Shown piece after piece: positions 46,421 through 55,595 of a stretch of DNA of 64,000 nt. The first letter of the stretch is position 1. Every line of letters starts with the position of its first letter. The translations under genes were made by a program, and so were the position numbers. The notes beneath the pieces are model-generated. The model worked only from the letters and a program-made list of their open reading frames with translations. It ran no database searches and was not told the DNA's origin. The stretch comes from an uncultured Acidimicrobiales bacterium (lineage in GTDB: Bacteria; Actinomycetota; Acidimicrobiia; Acidimicrobiales; SZUA-35), in contig CAVQRR010000002.1 in the NCBI GenBank assembly GCA_963715325.1, positions 13,428 through 77,427 of the forward strand, given 5' to 3'.

Positions 46421-48167
46421 GTGACCCGGGACAGACCACCACCTGACCGCGAGCCCGAGGCCAGGCCGGGACCGCTGCTGGTCGCCGGGCCGGACACGTT
46501 GCTGCTCCAACTGGATCATCCGTTGGCCGAGGTCTGCCGCTCGGCGCTCGCGGTGTTCGCCGAACTGGAGCGGTCCCCCGGACATGTCCACACCTACCGG
46601 CTCACCGACCTCGGCCTGTGGAACGCCAAGGCCGCAGGCCTCGACCCGTCTGAGGCGGTGGAGACGTTGCGCTGCTACGCCGCGAGCCCGGTGCCCCAGG
46701 CCACCGTCGATCGCATCACCGAGGCCATGGACCGCTTCGGCCGGGTGTCGATCGAAACCGTCCCCGCAAGCGCCCGGCCCCCATCGAGCGCCGAGCACCG
46801 GAACCGGTCGGTCGGCGGCGAACCCCGACGGTCGAACGGTGACCAGCTGGTGTTGTCGACCGATGAGCCGGGCCTGCTCGACGAGTTGTTGGCCGACCCT
46901 GCGGTGGCACAGCTGACCGGCAACCGGGTCGGGCCGAGCTGCGGTGGCGGTCGACGGGGCGAGCCGGGGCCGACTCAAACAGGTCCTGACCACGCTGCGC
47001 TGGCCGGCCGAGGATCGGGCCGCTCTGAGCCCCGGCGTGTCGTTCGACATCGGGCTGCGCCCCGAGCTCGACCTTCGGTCCTATCAGCGCCAGGCCGTCG
47101 ACTCCTGGCTGCCGTCGGGCACCGGCGTCATCGTGTTGCCGTGCGGTGCGGGCAAGACGGTCACCGCGATCGCCGCCGCCGCCGCGGTCGGGGCCAACAC
47201 CCTGGTGCTCGTGACCGGGCAGGCCTCACTGAGCCAGTGGGAGCGGGAGCTGCAGCGGTTCACCACCATCGACGACGGCGACATCGGCCACTACACCGCT
47301 GGCCGCAAGGAGATCCGACCGATCACCCTTGCCACCTATCAGGTGATGGCAACCAGGCGGGGCGGTCGGTTCCGCCACCTGGAGATGATCCACGACGGCG
47401 ACTGGGGCCTGATCATCTACGACGAGGTTCACCTGCTGCCATCGGCGGTGTTCAACCTGACCGCCGGCATCCAGGCCAGGCGGCGGCTGGGGCTCACCGC
47501 AACCCTGATCAGGGAGGACGGCCGGGAGGCCGATGTGTTCACCCTGGTCGGGCCGAAACGGTTCGACGTCCCCTGGGCCGAACTCGAACTCGACGGCTGG
47601 ATCGCCCCGGCCCGCTGCGTGGAGGTCAGGGTGACCGCGAGCGACGTCGAACGACTCGCCCACGCCAAGGCCGATCAACGGGCAAAGGCTGCGGTGGCGG
47701 CAACCGTCGAGGCGAAACTGGACGTGGTCGACTCGCTGCTCGAACGCCACCGGGGAGAGCCGACGCTCATCATCGGCACCTACCTCGACGGTCTGCGACC
47801 GATCGCCGAACGGTTCGACCTGCCGCTGGTGACCGGGAAGACCCCGCAACGCGAACGTCTCCGACTGTTCGACGAGTTGCGGCGGGGTGCGCTTGGTGCA
47901 CTCGTCGTGTCCAAGGTTGCCAACTTCAGCCTCGACCTACCGGAGGTCTCGGTGGCGATCCAGGTGTCGGGGAGCTTCGGTAGCCGCCAGGAGGAGGCCC
48001 AACGGCTCGGCCGCATCCTGCGACCCAAGGCCGACGGTCGCCAGGCCCACTTCTACAGCCTGATCACCCGGGACACCGTCGAGCAGGAGCACGGGCAACG
48101 GCGCCAGCGGTTCCTGACCGAGCAGGGCTACCACTACGAGATCATCGACGCCGATCAGTTGCGGTGA
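46421..48167 (+). pseudogene. XPB/ERCC3-type DNA helicase, one frameshift
   Basis: The N-terminal damage-recognition-like region (LLLQLDHPLAE...HVHTYRLTDLGLWNAKAAG) lies in the ORF 46355.. frame. The helicase core lies in ORF 46944..48167 (Walker A LPCGAGKT, YDEVHLLP, GLTATL, QEEAQRLGRILR). The shift is at 46925-46943. Confidence 0.85.
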
Positions 48168-48194
48168 TCGACCGGGGTGGAGGCCGCCGGATCG

Positions 48195-48488
48195 TCAGCC
48201 CGGTGTTGGACCGACCGTGGAGCACCCCTGGACGGTTCGATCGAAGAAGTCCGAGAAGCCCGCGACGCCCTCCTCGCTGTCGAGATAGGCGAAATCCGGT
48301 GCGGCCGAGATCTTGCCGAGCGCCTCCTCGTCGTCGGCGTACTCGGCGAAGACCGCATCGCTGATGCAGGTCGCCTCCTCCACGGACATGGCGTCGTCGC
48401 GGGTGAGAACATCGATAAGCTCCTCCTGCGAACCCGGCCCACTGGTGCAGCCGGTGACCAGGAACACAAGCGCCGACAGCACCGCCAT
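48195..48488 (-). CDS. hypothetical lipoprotein
   Basis: The start is taken at MAVLSALVFLVTGCTSG (lipobox). The mature part is acidic, about 75 aa. No family was recognised. Confidence 0.55.
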   Translation of the reverse strand: MAVLSALVFLVTGCTSGPGSQEELIDVLTRDDAMSVEEATCISDAVFAEYADDEEALGKISAAPDFAYLDSEEGVAGFSDFFDRTVQGCSTVGPTPG

Positions 48489-48795
48489 CGGCCCTGCCAG
48501 ACGGCCGCCGCGGCCCGAGGTGACGCCATCGATCGGCGACCGGTCGTCGGAGGGGATCGTCGGGGCGATGAAGGAGGTCATGACCGGTTCTTTCTAGCCC
48601 CGGTGGACCGCCTTTGCTACCGCCCACCGGGTCCGGGACCGCCCGGCCATCTTCGCCGATCCACCGCCGGGGCGGACCCGGCGTAGGCTTGACCGTCGTG
48701 GACGACCACCACCCCGACCACCACCCCGACGACCGTGCGCAGACGCCGTCACCGACACCGCGATCGCGCCCGGTCGAGCGGCCGATGACCGGCCG

Positions 48796-49849
48796 ATGAT
48801 GTTCAACCGCCGAGCCGCATTGGCCTTGGGCACCGCGGCCCTCGGCACGCGGCGATCGGCACCGCGGCGATCGGTACTGCGGCCATCGCCACCGCGGCGG
48901 GCGCCCGTGGGGCCGGGGCCCTCGCCATCACCGGTCCCCGGGTGCCACGGCTGTCGCCCGACCTGTCGACCCAGCAGCCTCAGCTGATCGACGCCCTCCG
49001 GCCCGAGATCGCCGGTCGCAGCGCCTGGGGTGAGGACCTTCCGGTGACCGGTGAGATCCTGGCCGAGGACGACGTTCGGTTCCTGCTCGTCCACCACACC
49101 GCATCCCGCAACGACTACGCCCGGGACGAGGTGGTGGACCAGATCCGGGACTTCTACGGCTTCCACACCGGCCCGGACAAGGGTTGGCCCGACGTGGCCT
49201 ACAACTTCTTCGTCGACCGCTTCGGCGGGATCTGGGAGGCCAGAACCGGCAGCATCGACGGGCCCGTACGCGGTGACGCCACCGGCGGTTCCCAGGGCTT
49301 CGCCATGCTGTGCAGCCTGATCGGCGACCACAGCCAGGTCGAGGTCAGCCCCGAGGCACTCGACAGCCTCACCGCGCTGCTGGCCTGGCTGGCCGAACGG
49401 TACCGCATCGACACCGCCCCCGGCTCCACCGTGGACTTCGTCTCCCGCGGCTCGAACCGCTGGCCTGCCGGAACCGAGGTGATGGCGGCCACCATCTCCG
49501 GCCACCGGGACATGTCGCCAGACCTCCTGCCCCGGCGATTTCGCCTACCGGCTCGTGACCGACACGTTGCCGGCCCGGGTCAGCGCCTTGCGGATCGACA
49601 CCGCAGCCGCCCTGGCCGCCACCTCGACAACCGCAGCAGCGCCGCCGACCACTGCCCCTTCGACGACCCACCGTCGACCTCGGTCACGAGCGACGCCGAG
49701 ACGCCGCCGGCGCGCCGCTCGGCCGGGAACCGGGAACGGGCAACGACGATGATTCGTTGGCCGTCGGCGCGGTCCTGGCCGGCGTCGCGGCCACGGTGAC
49801 GGCGGTGGTCATCGCCGGGGCGGCCAGGTTCCGCCGACGTGCCAGCTGA
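48796..49849 (+). pseudogene. N-acetylmuramoyl-L-alanine amidase (Amidase_2/PGRP-like) with Tat-type signal and C-terminal TM anchor, several frameshifts
   Basis: The Tat-like start is MMFNRRAALALGTAAL. The catalytic domain lies in ORF 48942.. (LLVHHTAS...WPDVAYNFFVDRFG...GHRDMS). The expected TSCPGDFAYRL lies in another frame (ORF 49555..), and the TM tail LAVGAVLAGVAATVTAVVIAGAARFRRRAS lies in a third. The shifts fall near 48846-48852, 49516-49524 and about 49700-49740. Confidence 0.6.
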
Positions 49850-49927
49850 CGAAGCGTTGCGGGGGGTCCGGAGCGGCCACGTCGGCCGGCGGCGGCCTGA
49901 CGATCGAATCGAGCAGTCCGCCGCCGG

Positions 49928-50353
49928 TCAGCGGCTGGACACCTCGGCATGGCCGGCCTGGCGCAAGCCGGCCCTCAGCCTGACAAGCTGATCATCGAGC
50001 CGGGACTGATCGGGATCGGTATCGGCGGTGGCGAAGTCGAGATTGGCCATGGTGTTGATCGGGATCACATGGACATGCACGTGGGGCACTTCGAACCCGG
50101 CGATCATGAGCCCGATCCGGGCCGGGTCGAACACGTCCTTCTGGACCCGGCCAACTGCATGGGCGACCGTTGTCAGGCGGGCCACGGTGTCCGGTTCGAG
50201 GTCGGTCCACTGGTCCACCTCGGCCCGGGGCACGACGAGACAGTGGCCGGGGGCCAGCGGGCGGACATCGAGGAAGACCACACAGAGGTCGTCCTCCCAG
50301 ACCATTCGCGACGGGATCTCGCCGGCGATGATTCGAGAGAAGATGGTTGCCAT
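49928..50353 (-). CDS. HIT family (histidine triad) protein
   Basis: 141 aa from ATG 50353. MATIFSRIIAGEIP and the HxHxHxx motif PHVHVHVIP. Confidence 0.88.
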   Translation of the reverse strand: MATIFSRIIAGEIPSRMVWEDDLCVVFLDVRPLAPGHCLVVPRAEVDQWTDLEPDTVARLTTVAHAVGRVQKDVFDPARIGLMIAGFEVPHVHVHVIPINTMANLDFATADTDPDQSRLDDQLVRLRAGLRQAGHAEVSSR

Positions 50354-50659
50354 GGGGCCACCATAGGCCGGGTCGAGCCGGCCGGAGCCGGCCGACACCG
50401 CACCACACCACCGACACCACCGACACCACCGACCGGGCTGACCCGCCCCCTGAGCGCAGAGAACCGAAACGGTCCGGATAGGGGTTGCCGAGCGAACGAT
50501 CGTTCGGTAGTCTCGACGAGTTGCCGGGTGCCGGCTCGTGACTGTTTCGAGAGCGTGCCGGCACCCGAACGCAACCAGAGACGGTAGCCGGTTCGCCGGG
50601 CGGTCACCAGCGCTGCTGTGCCGGCGCAGGCAGTCCTTTGCTTTTGCCAGGGCGAACCG

Positions 50660-51301
50660 ATGGGAACCGATGGCCAACAACGCCAACCCGGAGCCCCGGC
50701 CCGTTCCGTCGCAACCCTGGCCCCGGTCGGGCGACACCGAGCAGGCAGGACCGCGGACGACGTGGGCTCGCTCCCGGCCGAAGGATCATCCGTCGTCGAT
50801 GCCCGCTTCGAGCTGCGGGTGGCCCAGATCGCAAGGCGTCACCGCCACCGCGCCGCCCGCCGCCACCTGTGGTTGAGCCATCACTGGCCCGAGCACTACG
50901 GCCAGCGTTGTGTCAGGATCGGCTCCCGCCACCTCTGCAGGCGCTGCACGGCGCTCTATCCGTTCGCCTTCCTGGTGGCGCTGGTGTCGGCGGCAGGGCG
51001 GCCGCCGTGGCCGACCGAGCTCGACCCGGCGATGATCTGGATCCTGTCGATACCGGCCACGGTCGCCTTCGTCGGTGAGGCGGTCGGACTGTTCCGGTAT
51101 TCGCCGAAATGGCAGGTCGGCACGACCCTGCTGGCCGGGGCGGCGTTTGGTCGAGCGCTCGGCTATGAACTCATCGACCGGTGGAGCCCCGAGTTCTGGC
51201 AGCCGATCGCCGTGTTCGGCGGCATCTGGTTCTTCGCGTCGTTCTTCGCCACCACCACGACCCCGAAGGTGGCGAGGCGGGTCACCGCCGATCCGCGGTA
51301 G
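50660..51301 (+). CDS. DUF2085-like membrane protein
   Basis: A CRRCTALYP motif is followed by four TM helices. The start is uncertain (ATG 50660 or further downstream). Confidence 0.6.
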   Translation: MGTDGQQRQPGAPARSVATLAPVGRHRAGRTADDVGSLPAEGSSVVDARFELRVAQIARRHRHRAARRHLWLSHHWPEHYGQRCVRIGSRHLCRRCTALYPFAFLVALVSAAGRPPWPTELDPAMIWILSIPATVAFVGEAVGLFRYSPKWQVGTTLLAGAAFGRALGYELIDRWSPEFWQPIAVFGGIWFFASFFATTTTPKVARRVTADPR

Positions 51302-51358
51302 CCGGCGCACCATCGACGCCCGCCTCGGGGGCCAAGGTCGAGATCGACCACCGGCCGA

Positions 51359-51928
51359 TCAGTAGTCGATCCCCTTCTTGGCCACGATGCCCTCGTCGAA
51401 GGCGTGCTTGATCTTGCGCATCTCGGTCACCGTGTCGGCGACGTCGATCACCTCCTGGGCCATGTCCCGGCCGGTGAGCACGATGCTGACGTTCTCCGGC
51501 CTGCCGGCAACGGTGGCCGCCACCTCGTCGGCGTCGACCCAGCCCCAGGTCATGGCATAGCTGATCTCGTCGAGGATCAGCAGGCGGTACCGCCCGCCGG
51601 CGATCAGGGTCTTGGCGTGTTCCCAGGCTCCCCGAGCCATGGCCCTGCTCTCGTCGAGATCCTCGGAGTTCCAGGTGAAACCGTCGCCGGCGGCGAACCA
51701 GTCGACGCCGAGCTCCCGGCAGATCTTCTCTTCTCCAACGTGCCAATCGCCGCTCTTGAGGAACTGCACGACGGCCACGTTCCAGCCCTGGGCCAAGCCC
51801 CGCAGCACCGTGCCGAAGGCGGCGGTTGACTTGCCTTTTCCTTCACCGGTATTGACGACCACCAACGATTTGGCGGTCCGGTAGTCGGTGGCGTCCGGTT
51901 TCTCGACCGGTGGTGTGTTATCGGGCAT
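51359..51928 (-). CDS. cobO: cob(I)yrinic acid a,c-diamide adenosyltransferase
   Basis: P-loop-like NTGEGKGKSTAAFG, VVQFLKSG, LLILDEISY and a KHAFDEGIVAKKGIDY tail. The start is ATG 51928. Confidence 0.9.
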   Translation of the reverse strand: MPDNTPPVEKPDATDYRTAKSLVVVNTGEGKGKSTAAFGTVLRGLAQGWNVAVVQFLKSGDWHVGEEKICRELGVDWFAAGDGFTWNSEDLDESRAMARGAWEHAKTLIAGGRYRLLILDEISYAMTWGWVDADEVAATVAGRPENVSIVLTGRDMAQEVIDVADTVTEMRKIKHAFDEGIVAKKGIDY

Positions 51929-52772
51929 GGCGAGCTCCAGGGGGTTCGTTCTCGGTCGGGGGTTGGTGGTCGGTTGGCGTTGCTGACAGTCCTGGCGGCG
52001 TTCGAAGCGGCACCACCACGATGCCACCGTCCGGTCCGTCGAGAACGGTCACCGGGGTTCGGTACTGTCGGGTCAGCAACTCGGCGGTCAGGACCTGCTC
52101 CGGCGACCCGAGGGCCTGCTGGCGCCGGTCGGCGATCAGCAGCAGTCGGTCGGCGAACCGGCCGGCGATGGTCAGATCGTGCATGGCGGTCACCACCGCG
52201 AGGTCGTGGGTCCTGCGGAGCTCGTCGACCAGTTCCAGCACGCTGATCTGATGGGCCAGGTCGAGGGCGCTGATCGGTTCGTCGAGCACCAGTACCGAGG
52301 CCTCCTGGACCAGGGCCCGAGCCAGGCTGGCCCGTTGCGCTTCACCGCCGGACAGCTCGGTGACCGGTCTGGCGGCCATGGCACCCAGATCGAGCTGCTC
52401 GAGCACGTCGGCCACCCTCCGGCGGTCCCGGCCGGACTCGGCCCGGAACCAGCCGAGATGCGCCGTCCGCCCCAGCAGCACGTACTCGGCGGTCGTCATC
52501 CCGAGCGGCAGGATCGGCTGCTGCGGGACGTACCCGATGCGACGGGCCTCTGCACCGCCACCGCGACCCCGGCGTTTGCCGTCGAGCTCGATGGTTCCAT
52601 CGAAACCGAGCGCACCGACGATGGCCTTGAGCAGGGTGGACTTGCCGGCCCCGTTCGGGCCGATCACCGCCAACCACCGGCCGGCTTCGACGGCGAAGCA
52701 GACCCCGCTCAGCACCGGCTCATCGCCGTAGCCGACCCCGACATCGGCCAACCGAAGGGCGGGGGCCACCAC
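51918..52772 (-). CDS. ABC importer ATP-binding protein (BtuD/FepC-like)
   Basis: Walker [10 protein letters not shown], signature LSGGEAQRA, Walker B VLVLDEP. An ATG at 52939 overlaps the permease stop (TGATG) in another frame, so the true start may lie upstream, with a frameshift near 52800-52830. Confidence 0.85.
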   Translation of the reverse strand: MVAPALRLADVGVGYGDEPVLSGVCFAVEAGRWLAVIGPNGAGKSTLLKAIVGALGFDGTIELDGKRRGRGGGAEARRIGYVPQQPILPLGMTTAEYVLLGRTAHLGWFRAESGRDRRRVADVLEQLDLGAMAARPVTELSGGEAQRASLARALVQEASVLVLDEPISALDLAHQISVLELVDELRRTHDLAVVTAMHDLTIAGRFADRLLLIADRRQQALGSPEQVLTAELLTRQYRTPVTVLDGPDGGIVVVPLRTPPGLSATPTDHQPPTENEPPGARHAR

Positions 52773-52938
52773 GCCGCCGGTGGCATCGGCGACGGCACTG
52801 GACCGGACCGCGGGTCGATCGGTCGGTCGATCGTCGGATCGTCGATCCAGGTCGATGTCGCATCCGGGACCCGTTCGATCGTGGCGGCGACGTCGGAGGC
52901 GATCCCGGCGCCGGTCATCCCGCTCCGTTCCGTCCTCA

Positions 52939-54006
52939 TCAGAACGACCCCCGCCTGCTCCACATCACGAAGGCGAAGAACGGCGCACCGAAGAACGCGG
53001 TGACCACACCGATGGGCAGTTCGGCTCCGGTCATCAGATTCCGGGCCCCGGCGTCGGCCAGCATGAGGAACGTGGCGCCGCCGATGGCCGACAGCGGCAG
53101 GACGGTCCGGTAGTTCGAGCCGACCAGGAGCCGGACGACATGAGGAACGATGATGCCGACGAAGGCGATCAGGCCGCTGACCGCAACCGCGGCGGCGGCC
53201 AGCAGCGACGCCGCCAACACCAACACGATCCGGACCCGGACCACCGGCACCCCGAGCGCCACCGCCTCATCGTCGCCGAGCTGCATCACGTCGAGCTGAC
53301 GTCTCAGCGACAGGATGACGGCGGTGCAGACCACCACGTAGGGGGCCAGCATGGCAACGTCGCCCCAACCGAACGTGCCGAGGCGGCCGAGGATCCAGGT
53401 GTAGACCTCGGTCAGCACATCTGTGTTGCGTTGCATGACGTAGGTCTGTACTGCGGTGAGGAACGAGGCGACGGCCACGCCGGCAAGGAGCAGGGATCCC
53501 GCACTCCGGGACACGCCGAAACCGACCCCGGCGGACACGCCGACCGCCAGCAGGCCGCCGACGAAGGCGGCGATCGGTACCGGGTGGATCGGCCCCCAGC
53601 CCTGGTCGGCTCCCGACACGATGGCCAGGGTCGCCCCCAGGCCGGCCCCGGCGGCGACACCGAGCAGGTACGGGTCGGCCAGCGGGTTACGAAAGACGCC
53701 CTGGTAGGTTGCCCCGCCGATGGCCAGCGACGAGCCGACGAGCCCGCCGAGCACGGCCCGGGGCATTCGCCACTGCCACAGGATGGAACGCTGCGATTCG
53801 GTCATCCCCGAGTCGAGCGAGACGCCGGGCAAGGCGTCGAGCAGCTCGGCTGCGATGGCGGAGAACGTGATGTCGCTGCTGCCGAGCGAGATCGCAACGA
53901 AGAAGGCGCCGACGAGGAGCCCCACCGCCACCGGGATCGCCAGCGGAGACATGCGAAAAGCCCGCTCGGTCGCACGCTGAGCGGACCGAACGGGGAGGCC
54001 GATCAT
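52939..54006 (-). CDS. FecCD/BtuC-family ABC importer permease
   Basis: About 355 aa and polytopic, with the typical GxxGFVGLIVPH-like block (SGLIAFVGIIVPHVVR). Its ATG 54006 overlaps the binding-protein stop (ATGA). Confidence 0.85.
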   Translation of the reverse strand: MIGLPVRSAQRATERAFRMSPLAIPVAVGLLVGAFFVAISLGSSDITFSAIAAELLDALPGVSLDSGMTESQRSILWQWRMPRAVLGGLVGSSLAIGGATYQGVFRNPLADPYLLGVAAGAGLGATLAIVSGADQGWGPIHPVPIAAFVGGLLAVGVSAGVGFGVSRSAGSLLLAGVAVASFLTAVQTYVMQRNTDVLTEVYTWILGRLGTFGWGDVAMLAPYVVVCTAVILSLRRQLDVMQLGDDEAVALGVPVVRVRIVLVLAASLLAAAAVAVSGLIAFVGIIVPHVVRLLVGSNYRTVLPLSAIGGATFLMLADAGARNLMTGAELPIGVVTAFFGAPFFAFVMWSRRGSF

Positions 54007-55057
54007 GACTTCACGGCGACCACATCGGCGATGGCCCGCATGAATTCGACGATCCGCGGACCCCACCGTGAGGCGATGTCGGCGTCGACCTGGACGATGT
54101 TGCCCCGGGCCACCGCAGTGATCCCGCTCCACCCCGGCCGGGCCGCGATCTCCTCTGCGGTGTATGGCGCCTGGCTGGTGAACACGATGAGCGACGGATC
54201 GGCGGCGAGGATGCTCTCGCCGTCGATCAGCGGAAACCCGGTCCCGTCGTCGAGGGGATCGGCGATGTTGACGAACCCCATCGTCTGGTAGACCTGGCCG
54301 ATGAACGAGGCCGACGTTGCGGTGTAGAACGAGTCGTCGATCTCGTGGAACACCCTGACCGGGGTGTCGGTCTTCGGCAGATCGGCCAACACGTCGTCGA
54401 TCTCGGCCCGGATCTCGGCATTGAGGGCCGCGGCCTCGTCGATCCGTCCGGTGGCCTCCCCGAGCTGGGCGATCTGATCGAAGGTGTCGGCGAACGATTC
54501 GGCGGCAGGCATCAGCATGACGACAACACCGCTGTCGCCCAACCCGGCGGCGACGTCCTCGGGCAGACCGGAGGCGACCACCAGGTCTGGCCTGTCGGCC
54601 AGGATCGCCTCCAGATCGGGAACGAACCCGTCGAGGGTGCCCTCCGGCGCTTCCGGCGGGTAGTTGGAATAGAGATCCACCGCTGCCACCTGCTCACCGG
54701 CATCGATGGCGAACAGCATCTCTGTGGCGGTCGGCGACAGCGAAACGATCGAGTCGGGGCGTGCCTCGATCAGCACGGTCCCGGCTGCGGTTTCCACCTC
54801 ACGGGGGAAGTCCCCGGCCGCCGAACCCGCCTCGTCGTCGTCCGGCGGGCGAATCCCCATCGTCGTCGGCCGGTGTCGGTAGCGGCATCGCCGGGTTCGG
54901 CCTCGGCGTCGCTCTGGCCGTCCGGGTCCTGGCCGCCGCCCGCCGCATTCGATCCCGGGTCATCGTCGGATCCACAGGCGGTGGCCGACAGCGTCAGCGC
55001 CAGCGCCACGACCAGGAGGCCGATCAGTGGGCGCCGGGACGATCTGGGTGCTTTCAA
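54003..55057 (-). pseudogene. cobalamin/siderophore-type periplasmic binding lipoprotein (BtuF-like), one frameshift
   Basis: The signal and lipobox (RRPLIGLLVVALALTLSATACGS) are in the ORF 54770..55144 frame. The binding domain is in ORF 54003..54860. The shift is near 54861-54875. The proposed start is TTG 55057, 9 nt after GGAGG. ATG 55144 lies inside the riboswitch. Confidence 0.75.
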
Positions 55058-55061
55058 GAGT

Positions 55062-55280
55062 TGCAACCTCCGTTCGATCGGAGGGGCTCTTCGAAGGCGT
55101 GTCGCCGACGAGGCGCCTTGCTCCGAGGGCCTGCGTGCATCCATCCCGAGAAGGCGACCTGACTACACGCTCGAAACGTGATCACAGTTGCGGCACAGCG
55201 CCGGATTCTCACCGGACTTCGCTACCTGGGGCGGTGCCGGGGCTTTCTCGTCCCGGCGGGGTCACTATAGGTCATCGGCC
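55062..55280 (-). promoter_or_regulatory. cobalamin riboswitch with SD-sequestering hairpin
   Basis: The minus-strand RNA contains GGUAGCGAAGUCCGGUGAGAAUCCGGCGCUGUGCCGCAACUGUGA (55230-55187) and a B12-box-like GUAGUCAGGUCGCC. The hairpin CCUCCG-AUCGAA-CGGAGG (55084-55067) includes the GGAGG Shine-Dalgarno. Confidence 0.8.
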
Positions 55281-55344
55281 GGGACTTCTCATCGCCATCG
55301 GAAAACGGGTGTCGGTCCGGGCGGGCCGGCCCGGCGGACCGGCG

Positions 55345-55396
55345 GTGGAAAACAATCGAGGGTCGGCCACCGGAGGGAGTGGTGACCGACCCTCGA
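55345..55396 (-). terminator. intrinsic terminator-like hairpin (minus strand), no obvious upstream gene
   Basis: A 16-bp stem (one mismatch), UCGAGGGUCGGUCACC-ACUCCCUCC-GGUGGCCGACCCUCGA, is followed by UUGUUUUCC on the minus strand. Confidence 0.5.
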
Positions 55397-55595
55397 CTGC
55401 GTGTCGCCCGACTCATCGTGAAGATGAGCCACGGGTTGTCGCCCGACCCTGCACTTGCGGGGTCAGCTCTACTGACGCACGGCGGTTGCGAAAGGTAGCG
55501 AAAAGGATCGACAGAATCTCCCGGCCGACCGTTGGTGTGCCCGCACGTCGGGACGGGGCCGGTACCGACCGGACCATCGTGATCGAGGGCGCTCT

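Noticed and set aside
50537-50600. ZTP (pfl) riboswitch-like string CGUGACUG followed by CGCCGGGCGG.
   Set aside because: The conserved UGGCG / CCGCCUGGGC pseudoknot partners are missing. The downstream gene (DUF2085 membrane protein) is not a typical ZTP regulon member.
55142-55144. ATG at 55144 as the start of the B12-binding lipoprotein, as implied by ORF 54770..55144.
   Set aside because: It lies inside the cobalamin riboswitch aptamer. TTG 55057, with a properly spaced GGAGG just before the signal peptide, is more plausible.
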